Below, one piece after another: positions 9,192-20,492 of a stretch of DNA of 64,000 nt; within the stretch, counting starts at the first letter, position 1, and each line of letters begins with the position of its first letter. Origin of the DNA: an uncultured Chthonomonadaceae bacterium. Its GTDB lineage: Bacteria; Armatimonadota; Chthonomonadetes; Chthonomonadales; Chthonomonadaceae. The stretch spans positions 576,001 through 640,000 of the forward strand of contig CAWFQB010000001.1 in the NCBI GenBank assembly GCA_963817895.1. Reading direction: 5' to 3'. The notes under the pieces were generated by a model. It searched no databases. It saw only the letters and a program-made list of their open reading frames with translations, and was not told the DNA's origin. Position numbers and translations under genes: made by a program.

Positions 9192-10220
9192 TTACGGGGA
9201 TTTTGGAAGGGGCGCGGAAATAAGTCGGGCGGGATCGAGAACGACATGCTTGATGTGGGTTCGGTTCCAGGTGTAGGAGATGTGAACAAGGCCGTCCGAA
9301 GATTGAATCACGGCGGGATAGGAGTATTCGCCCGGACGGTCTTCCAGCGTGAACGCCATTTGCCACGTTTCGCCATCCGGGGAAAGCGCCACGTTGAGCG
9401 GGGTTCGCGCGGTTGTGGAATGGTTGTACACGAGCAGTTGGCGTCCATCGTGCAGCGTGGCCGCGTCCGTGCCGGAATTGGGATTGGGCAGGCTTGTCGA
9501 ACGGGGCGCGTTCCACGTTTTGCCCCCATCTTCCGACCACAGCGCGACTATCATTTGTTGGCGGCTGCGGCACAGCATTTGCAGGCGTCCATCGGGGTAG
9601 GTGAGAATACTCGGCTGTATCAGGCCGAATGTGTGGCCGTCGTTGAGCGGGCCAGTAGTTTCCCACGTTTGCCCCCTATCGGGCGTGGATTCGATATGAA
9701 CCTGCCAGCCCCGTTGCCAGTCTTCCGTGCTGGACGGGCAGAGCAAAACGCCACCGGCAAGCAGAACCGGCTTGTTCTTGATCGGGCCGAGTATGCCATG
9801 CGGCAGCCGAACGGGGCTTGACCACGTTTTGCCCCCGTCTTTGGAAGCGATTCTCATGCCCCACCAGCGGCGCGGGTCCGGCCCCACTTTGTAGAACAGC
9901 AGCAAAGGCGCGTCCGGCGGCTGAAACAGAACCGGATTCCAGCAGGCAAAGCGCACGGGCGTGTCCACAATGCCACTGGCGACTTCAACCGGAACCGACC
10001 ACTGCGCGTTTTCCCACCGCGAAACCCAAATACCTACATCCGGGTCCGACTCCCGCGTCCCGCCAAACCACGCGCAGACAAGCCCCGTCGAGGTTTCTGC
10101 AAGGGTAGACGCATGGCATTGCGGAACCGGGGCTTGGTCAAAAACCATTTCAGACGCAACCAATCCCGGCTGTGGAACCACAAATCCGGGTACAAAATCG
10201 TCACCAGGCATCAACTCCAT
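9192..10220 (-). CDS. BNR/Asp-box sialidase-like glycosidase
   Basis: HASTL, WFGGTRE, four Asp boxes (S/TxDxGxTW) and EYSYPA. Confidence 0.88.
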   Translation of the reverse strand: MELMPGDDFVPGFVVPQPGLVASEMVFDQAPVPQCHASTLAETSTGLVCAWFGGTRESDPDVGIWVSRWENAQWSVPVEVASGIVDTPVRFACWNPVLFQPPDAPLLLFYKVGPDPRRWWGMRIASKDGGKTWSSPVRLPHGILGPIKNKPVLLAGGVLLCPSSTEDWQRGWQVHIESTPDRGQTWETTGPLNDGHTFGLIQPSILTYPDGRLQMLCRSRQQMIVALWSEDGGKTWNAPRSTSLPNPNSGTDAATLHDGRQLLVYNHSTTARTPLNVALSPDGETWQMAFTLEDRPGEYSYPAVIQSSDGLVHISYTWNRTHIKHVVLDPARLISAPLPKSP

Positions 10221-10423
10221 CACGTCAGCCCTTAATCCCTGTCCCCTGTAATCATGCCTCGAGGCCGCGCATCGTTTCAAGCCGTTTCAAAGCGCCCTCT
10301 AAACACCGAAAAAGGCGCAGCAATCCGGGCTATACGATCCTGCCCGAACTGTTGCGCCTTTTTTCATCAAACGGTACATCACGGAGATTGGTTTTCCAAG
10401 ATCGCAGTAAGTCGATTATTTCC

Positions 10424-10537
10424 GTTTCCAATTCCCTACGGGGAAGAGGTCGGGTTGCAACCTCTGCGCACTTTTGTCAAAGCCGCAGGCATGAAAAAAA
10501 GTTTCAATCCCCTACGGGGAAGAGGTTGGGTTGCAAC
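10424..10537 (-). CRISPR. CRISPR mini-array: two repeats and one 39-nt spacer
   Basis: 37-nt repeat GTTGCAACCCAACCTCTTCCCCGTAGGGGATTGAAAC on the minus strand (10501-10537), a degenerate trailer copy at 10424-10461, spacer 10462-10500; adjacent to a leader and cas6. Confidence 0.88.
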
Positions 10538-10698
10538 CCTCTATCTCATATTTCCTTCTCATCGGCGCTAACCTCGAAAATAGTTGGAAACATGCAGGCA
10601 TTATAGTCGATGAGAAGCATGGTGTCAAGCCTTTCGAGATTAATTTTTGCAGCGCTAACCTCACCCCTTTTCGCGTGGTTTGGAGGTTAGCGCTGCAA
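10538..10698 (-). promoter_or_regulatory. CRISPR leader with consensus sigma70 promoter
   Basis: Minus-strand TTGACA (10628-10623), 17 nt, TATAAT (10605-10600). 16-bp inverted repeat TTGCAGCGCTAACCTC at 10647-10662/10683-10698 plus a third half-copy at 10565-10575. Confidence 0.85.
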
Positions 10699-10779
10699 CC
10701 CCAATCCTTTTCCTCTCTCAACGAGTCATCAGGGGGAACACTGCTCACCGCCTCAACAGGGGTACCTGACTCCTGAAAC

Positions 10780-11599
10780 CTAACCCCTGACTCTCGTTTG
10801 TCCCATGCCCATGCCGGTTTTGCGCCCGGTTCCGGCGTAGAAGTCGAATTCGGCCAGCACACTGGCAATATGGCGCTCCTCAGCGGACAACTCTTTCAAG
10901 TCAAAGCGACATTCGCCGACAAACCCGTTTTGCGCCACGCCTTTCAGCCGCGTTTTACGGGTTTGCAGTTAATACGCCGTCAGGTCAATACGTTCTGCGG
11001 CGGCAAGCAGGGCCTCTTCGGCAATTTTTGGAGCGTCGGCGGGAGAATGGGTGTTCCACGCGCGCCCACGATTGCCACACGAAACGCGGGTCGGGCCAGC
11101 AAACGTCCCGGTCATGCGAACGGAACGCGGTGGGCGTGACAAAGCGCAAGGCCAGCGCGTCGGCGGGCGGCGTTTGCGTCCACAAATCGGCAAAGGACGC
11201 GCTGCCCGCTTCGGCGTGGAGAGCGGAGGTGGTCAGCAGGGCATCGGGCGCGTACAGCGCGTTTCCCAGGCGCAGCGGCGCAATTTCAGACTGCCGCAGC
11301 AATCCATCCACGAACGGCGCGAACAACTCCTCGTCCAGCAGCGTGATGCGCAGGGCGTGACCGGTGGCCGGCAAATGGTGGCGGGTGGCTGGCAATGGAT
11401 GCGGTGAAGCGTCAGCGTTGCATGGCGCAAGGCAGACAGTAAAGGGCTTGCGGGCATTGGCGTCATGCAGGCGTTCGGTCAGGCCGGCGTCACCCCGCGA
11501 CAGCAGATCGAAGAAAGCGGCATGAACCACATCCCCCGCGTTGGCAGGCAGAGGCGCGTTATTCAGGCGGCGGAGCGTGAGCAGAAAAGCGTTGGGCAT
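10780..11599 (-). pseudogene. cas6: Solo CRISPR endoribonuclease Cas6, disrupted by a 2-nt frameshift at ~11060 and an in-frame TAA at 10969-10971
   Basis: VHAAFF, LHD..KPFTV, LRFVTPTAF and the C-terminal Gly-rich loop GTGRKTGMGMG. Confidence 0.88.
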
Positions 11600-11714
11600 G
11601 GGTACAGGGGCATCCTTTTTCGGGCGAAATTACCGGGTATCTTCCTTCCCCCGTCGCCGGTTTCCTGTCGAATTTCCCGCCTGTATTACGCGACATGGGC
11701 GCGATTCAGGATGT

Positions 11715-12539
11715 TTATTTGCGCTGCGCGAACGATTGCGCGGCTTCGTCCATGCGGATAAAGGTCGCGCCCATATCGCGCAGGGAATTTATAAGGCGTT
11801 CCAGCATCAACATGCGATGCCCCCTGCCGATCACCTGCGGATGAAACGTATACGTCAGGACGCCCCACTCTTCAGTCTGCGCCATGTAGCGGAAATCGTC
11901 CAGCCAGTTTGCCAGCACGTCGTCGGCGCGTTGTAGGCCGGGTAAAATGCCGTTCGGCCCGTTGCGGAACTCGAAGTGCGGGAAATCGTCCAGCGACCAA
12001 CTGATGGGCATTTCAATCAGGGGTGACGGCTGCCCGAACACGACCGGGCCGTCTTTGGGAAACTGATCCCCAACCCGCGCATAATAGGGGTGATGATCCT
12101 GCGCCATCATGCTGCTGTCATAGGCAAAGCCGCGCGCCAACAGCAGTTCTATGGTGTGGGGGCTTAAATCCCACGCCGGGGAACGATAGCCACGCGGCTT
12201 TTGTCCTGTTACGCGCTCGATACACGCGCTGCCGCGTATGAGAACCGCCTCTTCCTGTTCGCGGGTCAGTTGTCCGGGCGGCTCGTGCAGATAGCCGTGA
12301 TGCGCGATTTCATGTCCCTCCGCATGGATACGGGCGCAAATCTCCGGGTAGGTGTCGAGCGTATGCCCCGGCGTGAACCATGTGGCCTTAATGTCATATT
12401 TTTGCAGCAACGCCAGCAGGCGGGCCGCGCCGATAATGCCGAACTCGCCCCGCGACAACTGCGTGGGCGTCGCCATATCCCGGTAAATCCAAGGCGAAAC
12501 GGCGTCAAAATCAAAAGTTAAACAGACGAAGTATGTCAT
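11715..12539 (-). CDS. Polysaccharide deacetylase family protein
   Basis: LTFDFD, HEIAHHGYLH, RSPAW, YDSS and TFHPQ motifs. Confidence 0.92.
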   Translation of the reverse strand: MTYFVCLTFDFDAVSPWIYRDMATPTQLSRGEFGIIGAARLLALLQKYDIKATWFTPGHTLDTYPEICARIHAEGHEIAHHGYLHEPPGQLTREQEEAVLIRGSACIERVTGQKPRGYRSPAWDLSPHTIELLLARGFAYDSSMMAQDHHPYYARVGDQFPKDGPVVFGQPSPLIEMPISWSLDDFPHFEFRNGPNGILPGLQRADDVLANWLDDFRYMAQTEEWGVLTYTFHPQVIGRGHRMLMLERLINSLRDMGATFIRMDEAAQSFAQRK

Positions 12540-12545
12540 AGTTAT

Positions 12546-14405
12546 TTAACGTTGCGCGTTGAGTTTGGAAGCGCGGTCCAAGCCTTCAAAAACCGGCCCC
12601 ATTTTCTTTACATCGGCTTTGGGCAGGCGGTCGTAGGTGAGCAGGCCGTTGAGTTCCTGTTCTACGTCGGTTAATTGCGTGTACACGAAGCCCGACAGAT
12701 TTTGCGCTTCAAATAGCTGGCTTGTCTGGAAACGGACGCGGTCTATCAAGCCTGCCGGGTCATGTACCGTCTGATAGCCCCAACCCTTTGTCCATGTATG
12801 GCCGGGGACGGGCAGAGCTATGCCGCCGTATTCGCCCACCACTTTCGGCTTTATGGGATTTGCGATCCCCTGCCGCAGCAGGTTGTTGCCGTAATCATGA
12901 ACGTCAATTACATCTGTCAGGCCGCGCTGCGTCCATCCGCTGGCATCGGTAATCGGGCGGCTGGTATCGAACTCGCGGGTCAGGCGCACAATGCTGTCCT
13001 GAAACTCCTGCGGGTCGCCCCAATTCTCGTTGAACGGTATCCAGTGGACGACGCAGGGATTGTTATGCACATCCGCCAGAACCTCAATCCACTCGTTGGC
13101 GAAGCTTTCGCGCGCATCGGGCGTGGTCAGGCTGTGGCTGGAGGGCATGTCCTGCCACACGGCAAGGCCGAGTTTATCGCACCAGTAGTACCAGCGCGGG
13201 TCTTCTACTTTGACGTGCTTACGCGCCATGTTGAAGCCCAGTTTCTTCGTCATCTCCACGTCATTTTTAATCGCCGCGTCGGTGGGAGGCGTGTAAATCC
13301 CGTCCGGCCAGAATCCCTGATCTAACACGCCGCGATAAAAGTACGGCTTGCCGTTGAGCGTCAGCCGCCCATTCGCAATGCCGACACTGCGAAAAGCCGT
13401 ATACGACTTTACCTCATCTATAACCTTGCCGTTTTGTTTCAAGCGCAGGGTAATGTCGTAGAGCGCGGGGGTTTCGGGTGTCCAGGGCGAAACGTTGGGC
13501 AGCGAGATATGCAGAATGGGGTTTTGCAGCGGATTGGCGGTTTGCGTCACCGTTGTTGCTTTTTGCCCCTTTCCCGTAATGATGGTTTCCAAAGTCACGG
13601 CCTGCCTGCCGGTAATGTTGGCGGCAAGGGTTAAATCGCCCTTCCGGTTTTCCTCAGAGTAGGCGGGCGTCAGGATTACACGGTCAATATGGACGGGCGA
13701 AACGGGTTCCAGCCACACGGTCTGCCAGATTCCTGTAGTGCGCGTGTACCAGATGCTTTCGCTGCCTAATTGCTTGCCTTTGGGCTGCTTGCCCTCCTTT
13801 TTCGGGTCGGCGGGATCGTAAACAGAAACAACCACCTCCTGCGGCCCATTGGTTTTCAGCGCGTTGGTGATGTCGCAGGTAAAGGGCGTGTACCCGCCCA
13901 CATGTTCGCCCACCATTTTGCCGTTGACATAAACCGTCGTTTGCCAGTCCACCGCGCCGAAGTTGAGCAGAATCCGCTGTCCGCTCCACTGGGCCGGAAC
14001 CGCGAATTCGCGCCGATACCAGAGGTGTTCGTGAATCTCCTTGCCCTTACCGATGCCCGACAGCGCGGCCTCAAACGTGAACGGAACCAGTATCCGCTCC
14101 GGCAGGGGTTTGCCCGTTTGCCAGCCGCTTTTGCCGCCCGTATCCGCGTCATCAAACGCGAACTGCCACAGCCCGTTGAGCGATTGCCACTCCTTGCGCT
14201 GCATCAGCGGGCGCGGATATTCCGGGCGCGGCTTGTCGGGCGACACATCGCGGGCAAAGCGCGTCATTAAGGGCGCAGGCGCAGGTTTCCACGCGCCAAC
14301 GTCAATCTGTTGCGCCCGCGCCTGCCCACTTGCAATCAGGACGGTGAAAGCCAGAAGACCACTTCTTCGTTGCGGCCATCGCCGTAGTCCTTGAACCGTT
14401 CTCAT
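12546..14405 (-). CDS. Glycoside hydrolase family 2
   Basis: PEYPRP, LNFGAVD, GIWQTVWLE, RKHVKVE, NENWG and GEYGG. Confidence 0.92.
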   Translation of the reverse strand: MRTVQGLRRWPQRRSGLLAFTVLIASGQARAQQIDVGAWKPAPAPLMTRFARDVSPDKPRPEYPRPLMQRKEWQSLNGLWQFAFDDADTGGKSGWQTGKPLPERILVPFTFEAALSGIGKGKEIHEHLWYRREFAVPAQWSGQRILLNFGAVDWQTTVYVNGKMVGEHVGGYTPFTCDITNALKTNGPQEVVVSVYDPADPKKEGKQPKGKQLGSESIWYTRTTGIWQTVWLEPVSPVHIDRVILTPAYSEENRKGDLTLAANITGRQAVTLETIITGKGQKATTVTQTANPLQNPILHISLPNVSPWTPETPALYDITLRLKQNGKVIDEVKSYTAFRSVGIANGRLTLNGKPYFYRGVLDQGFWPDGIYTPPTDAAIKNDVEMTKKLGFNMARKHVKVEDPRWYYWCDKLGLAVWQDMPSSHSLTTPDARESFANEWIEVLADVHNNPCVVHWIPFNENWGDPQEFQDSIVRLTREFDTSRPITDASGWTQRGLTDVIDVHDYGNNLLRQGIANPIKPKVVGEYGGIALPVPGHTWTKGWGYQTVHDPAGLIDRVRFQTSQLFEAQNLSGFVYTQLTDVEQELNGLLTYDRLPKADVKKMGPVFEGLDRASKLNAQR

Positions 14406-14792
14406 CGTTATTTCCCTTCGCATAAAAAAGATATTTATTTGCTTTTCCGGCTTCATTCTTTTGCCCTTGCCTCTACCCCTATACTGTTCCTCAACATTCG
14501 CTACTTCTTGCCAAACTCCTGCCTGCACATCTCTCCAAGTGCTTACACTTTTCATGCTTGGACGGGTTGCGCAAAAATCTTTGGATAAGTTAGAGATTCT
14601 GCGGGCATTATTCGCGTGTTTGACGCCTTGCAAAGTCGCATGGCTTTAGAGATAGCGCGTCAACGGTAACGCGAGATTGCAACTTACCTGAAAACAAATT
14701 TTGTTGAACAGGTAAGCCACAACGCAACCTTTTAGAGTAGAATCATGTCGGGTGTTATATTAATCTTCTCAATAAATTGGGGGACATCGTTC

Positions 14793-16594
14793 ATGAAAAA
14801 CCGAAGCATCCGTATAAAACGTTCTTTTTCAGCTTCAACACCGCAGTTACAAAGTATTTGGCAACGCGCCAATCATGCAAAGCAGAATAATGTAGCTTTC
14901 CCCCTGACTTACAGCGAGGTTACTGGAAAACCCGCAACTTTGGAAGAAATGAATGCAATTTTACGAGATATTGACATCAACGCTATTTTAGGCATCATTG
15001 CAGCGCTGAATAATCGATACTGCATGGACACAGCCGTTTCTCATCAAGAGATGCACCATCGGCAAGCCGAACTTGTGCATGACCTCTTTTCCCCGGAGCT
15101 TCAACAACAGATTTTTGCCAGCCCGTTCGGTCGTAGCTCACGTCAAGTTCTATTCTTACAGGCAGCAACTACTTTTTGTCTTGCGCCATGCACTTCAGGT
15201 CTGTCAGAATCAGGGTGGCCTTACATTCAATCCACACATTAGATAGAATATTAAATTCGGTCGGGGATGTCTGTCTAATGGCTACAGATTTAATGGTGTT
15301 TGAAAAGCCTGTAGTGGCAGGAGAAGACCCTTATGTCCAGCTTACCCGGCTGATGCTCGAAATATCCGAATTGGCTCTGGATAATGATCTCATAAACGTC
15401 ATAGGCAGAGCGGCTCAACTCTGGCTCCGTATTCCAGAAGAAACCACCGTCAAAAATCGCAGAAGTTACGTATCCTTCGCCAGTGAGTTCCGCGTTGCTT
15501 ACGATGTGGATCTGGATATTTTTCTCCGCGTCCTTTATTTTCTTCTGGCCCGGAGTGCGAGTGAGGATGTTCAGGGGCAAGCACCTTGGGCGAAGTATGT
15601 TATTGACACCCAAACATACTTTCTCACCACCGTACATTCCCCTGAAACGGCGCAAAAGGTACTCCAAATACTTGCTTGTCCTCTAATGGACATGAGGAAA
15701 GAGCTAGAGGATAGGGCAGTTCAACGACACGGACATAAAATTGCGGCTCTGGAACGTTTCCCGTTTTTCCAAGTTGACGAACATTACTTCATCTTCTATG
15801 ATAGGAACCTACTGCTTCGCTTCTTTACGCATGGAATTTGGTGGCGCATTCTTGATAAATCGCCTCCAGATAAACAAGAGCATTTTCGCGCCTACTTCGG
15901 AGATGTCTTTGAAATATACGTAAAACGGGTGCTGGCTCATGCCTGTGATCAATCCAAGCAAATGCGCCTTCACGATTCGCTAAGATTTAATTCAACGCAA
16001 GAAATTTGTGACTCGCTCATTGAGACAGAGGACGCTTGGATAGTTATGGAAGTTAAGGCTTCTCTACTCATGCACAAATCAAAATACTCCGGTGACGGCA
16101 CACAGTTAAAGCAGGATATTTTGAGCCGGTTCAGCGGGACAGAGGAGAAACCTAAAGGCGCGCGTCAGTTAGGTCGAAGCATAAACCGTTTGCTCAAGGG
16201 AGAGCAAGATACCATGAAGAGACTCGATATTAGCGGGCAACAGAATATCTATCCAGTTCTCATCAGTTACGACACTACAATCTGCAATAAATTTATTGCA
16301 AAGATGCTCGACGCTGAGATGAGAAAGGATTTAACAGACATACAGCCGACATCGCCAGTCGTGATGCCTCTTACGATATTGAGCAGCGAGGATATTGAGG
16401 CTGTTTCAGCACTGGGATACAAGCATCTTATGCAAAGCCTGATAGACTCTTATCAAAAGTCCACAGCTTCATTGCCGAGTTTTGCTGCTCAAATCTTAAA
16501 TAAGCATCGTCAAGACGCGAATGTGGAGTTAGCGTACACACATTTGAATTTCAAGCAGTTTCACGACACGGCATTGAAAGATTTGAAGCCATAA
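14793..16594 (+). CDS. AT-rich ~600-aa protein with C-terminal PD-(D/E)xK (NERD-like) nuclease; two frameshifts at ~15160 and ~15235
   Basis: GDVFEIYV...EICDSLI...VMEVKAS...GARQL motif; visibly more AT-rich than its flanks. Confidence 0.65.
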
Positions 16595-16715
16595 CTCTCT
16601 CATGTCAGAACGCCATGCTGATTCTAGGTCTGCGGGGTGATGAGATAAAGTCCCTGAAAACCTGCAAACACGCTAATCCCGTACATCTTCAACAGAAAAA
16701 CTTACAAAACCACTG

Positions 16716-16801
16716 TTGACTTTTTCATGCAAAGGGGTTATAATCTAAATACTTCTTACCCGACTGACTTGCCGCAAGGCCTCAGTCGGGTTTATTTATT
16801 T
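16716..16801 (+). promoter_or_regulatory. Sigma70 promoter plus GNRA-capped hairpin/U-tract leader of the NYN gene
   Basis: TTGACT (16716), 17 nt, TATAAT (16739). Stem ACCCGACTGA/TCAGTCGGGT encloses GCC-GCAA-GGC and is followed by ttatttattt. Confidence 0.8.
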
Positions 16802-16811
16802 GGGGTACCCC

Positions 16812-17432
16812 ATGCCTGAAGAACCCGCTGTCAAGCGTACTATCGCGTTCATTGATGGTCAAAATCTCTATCACAACGTCCGTAATGCCTTCGGCTACAA
16901 CCATCCCAACTATGACGTTCTCAAGCTTGCTCAGGCCGTTTGCGCGTCTCGCGGATGGCAACTTGACCGCGTACAGTTCTATACAGGTGTTCCCTCTGCA
17001 AGCGATAATCCACTGTGGCATACTTTCTGGACGCGGAAACTGGCGGCGCTTGGCCGCCTTCCCAATGTTGTCGTTTATAGCCGTCCGCTCGTTTATCGCA
17101 ACAAAACCATTGAGGTTCCCGGTTTTGGAAACCACACATTTTCAAGCGGCGAGGAGAAGGGAATAGATGTTCGTCTCGCTCTTGATGTTCTAAATGCTGC
17201 GCACCAGTCCGAATTCGATGTCGCTCTCATCTTCAGTCAGGATCAAGACTTGAGCGAATTATCAACCCTCATCCGCATCGTAGCCAATCTCCAAAATCGC
17301 TGGATCAAACTTGCCTGCGCTTTTCCAAGCAGTCCTTCCGCAACAAACCAGCGCGGCATCAACAACATGGATTGGTGCAAGTTTGATAAAGCGACCTACG
17401 ACTCTTGCATTGACCCACGCGATTACCGATAG
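16812..17432 (+). CDS. NYN-domain (PIN-like) ribonuclease
   Basis: FIDGQNL, EEKGIDVRLALD and SQDQDL acidic motifs. Confidence 0.92.
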   Translation: MPEEPAVKRTIAFIDGQNLYHNVRNAFGYNHPNYDVLKLAQAVCASRGWQLDRVQFYTGVPSASDNPLWHTFWTRKLAALGRLPNVVVYSRPLVYRNKTIEVPGFGNHTFSSGEEKGIDVRLALDVLNAAHQSEFDVALIFSQDQDLSELSTLIRIVANLQNRWIKLACAFPSSPSATNQRGINNMDWCKFDKATYDSCIDPRDYR

Positions 17433-17449
17433 CTCTCTTCCGCGCCGCT

Positions 17450-18232
<783 letters not shown>

Positions 18233-18290
18233 TGTATCATTCTCCTTTATCACAGTAGCCTCTTCTCTCAGCGGGAGAAGAGGCTGACGG

Positions 18291-20334
18291 CTACTTCATC
18301 TCATACGCGACGGACACCATTTGCGGGTCGGCGTCCGCGTTGATTTTGTAGGTGAAGGGCAGTCTGGTAACGGTTGTTTTGAACGTTTTGGCCTGCCCGT
18401 TTTCTTTCCAGTTGTGGACGACGGTGAACGGTTTGAACCCGCCGGAATTGACGGGCGCGAGTGGGTCTTTGTAATCGGCGTCTACCCGGAACGTGAATAC
18501 GCCGACCGTGTTGTTGCCGGTCATTTCATAGCGCAGCAGAGCCTTGCGGGTGTTGGCGGGAACGTTGGCGAAGCGGAAATATTTCGTGGTGGCGGGCGTC
18601 GGCCCGTTGATTTGCCCCGCGTCCGTCCATGTTTGCCCGCCGTCGAAACTGAGTTTCAGTTTCACCACATCTTTGTCGCCTCTAGCCCGGATGTGCGCCC
18701 CGAAGCGCAGCGTGGTCATGTCGCCGGGAGTTTCGATGGGTACGGTCATGCTGCCAATTCCGCCCTGCCACCAGCAACCGCCGCCCTCCGTCATGCGCAG
18801 GTTGTCGAACTGTACGCCCATTGTGCCGGACGTTTCGTTTTTGGTGAAGTTCGTATCGGGCGTGATGCGGCAGTTGATGGTTCGCGTGGCGATGTTGGTG
18901 TCGGTATCCGCTGCTATGGTGATGGTGTTTGCGCCCTTGCCGAGCCGGGGCAGGGTGCGGGGCGCGTGCTGAATGTCGTTTTCAATCGCCAGCGTATTCA
19001 GACCAGCGCTGTTCGGGGCCATTCCGACAATCTCTATTTTCAGTTGGTAAGCGTAACGGCGCGTAATGCGGTCGCCCAGATCAATCGTGGTTTCGGTTGC
19101 GCCGGTTTTGTCGCTGCTCCACAGGGGCGCGAACGTCCGCCCGTTGTTGGTGGACAGGGAAACGGTCACTTTGTCCTGCGCGGTTCGAGTCTGCGCGTTG
19201 ATTTTGACGCGCCCGCCGAGATACACATACGGCGAGTTCATTTCAAGGATGGCGACGCCGGGTTTGCCACTTATTTTGGCGCACAATGCGGGGATGTTGG
19301 GCGCAGCGGAAAGGCCGGACGCGAGATTGTCATAAATCAACGCGCCCTGCGCCAGTTCGCCCTGCGCGAGATTGGGCGCGTAGCGGTGGTAGCCGTTGCC
19401 AACCACGCCGCCCTCATATCCCGGCACATAGTCCGGCACATAGGCCAGATCGCCCTGCGGAACCTGCGCTTTCAGCATCACGAAATTGGGGGCTACATCT
19501 TTGTTGACGTGTAGGCCGTGATTGCCCGCTTCCCGAACCAGCGACTCGCCGGGACGCAGGGAGAACAGGGCGCGGTGTCCAAGCTGATAGCCGTACTCGT
19601 ACACTTCGCTGTTGCGGTTGTATTCCAGCATGGTCGCGTCCCAGCCGTGCGTTCGGGCGGGGTAGTAGCCCATGCGAATGGTGGCGTTGTTGGCAAGCAG
19701 GGCGGGACCTTTGTCCTTCCAGCCCATCCAGCCGTCGCTTTTCATCAACTGGAAAATTTTGTCATTGTTGCCTTCAAAGCCGGGATGCGTTTTGTACCAG
19801 TCTTTGACGGCTTTGGAAATATCGTCCACGCCCGCGAGTTCGCCGGTTTCCGGTTTCGGGAAACAGGGTGATGAGCGAACAGTCGTACATGTGCCACGCG
19901 CCGTTATATTTCACTTCCGCCACGCTATGCCCGTTGAGGATGCGCCCCTGCGCTTCGCGTCCGTCCAGCCGGTTGAGCGATTCGATGAGCGACGAGCAGC
20001 AGCAGCACATGCAGTAGCCGTACACATCGAAGATTTTTACGGGGTCGTGCGCTTCCCATTCACCGGAAATGTATTCGTTGGGTGGTAGGGTCTGATGCCG
20101 GTATTTCACGGATGCCGTCCACAGCGCTTTGGCCCGCTGTTCGTCCGTCATGCCGGGTTTGACAAACGATTTCAGGATATTTTCGGGCGTGGTGGTATCG
20201 TCAATCTTGTCGGAAAGGACTTTGAGGTTGTTGATTCGCCCGCCCCGATTTGCTGCCGTCTGCGCCTGTCCCGGCATCGGCGCAAGAAGCGCGAAGGCGG
20301 CGGCTGCAATCAGAGAATGGTTGATGCTGCGCAT
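18291..20334 (-). CDS. Secreted transglutaminase-like protein, frameshift at ~19860
   Basis: Signal peptide; YGYCMCCCCS, then GHSVAEV..W..YD (Cys-His-Asp core); beta-rich C-terminus. Confidence 0.7.
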
Positions 20335-20457
20335 GTGTTTTGGCCCTCCTTATTGTCCCCAAAATACGCCATATTCATGCCAACCCTATTCCACAGCGTC
20401 AAGAGCAAGTCCTGCCGTAAATATTCAGCATATTTTCTCCGGTAAGCTCCAATTCCC

Positions 20458-20492
20458 TTGACCTATTGCTAACATACTAGTATACTAGCAAC
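20458..20492 (+). promoter_or_regulatory. Leaderless promoter with palindromic operator
   Basis: TTGACC, 17 nt, TATACT, 6 nt, ATG. The 12-bp palindrome CTAGTATACTAG (20477-20488) covers the -10. Confidence 0.75.
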
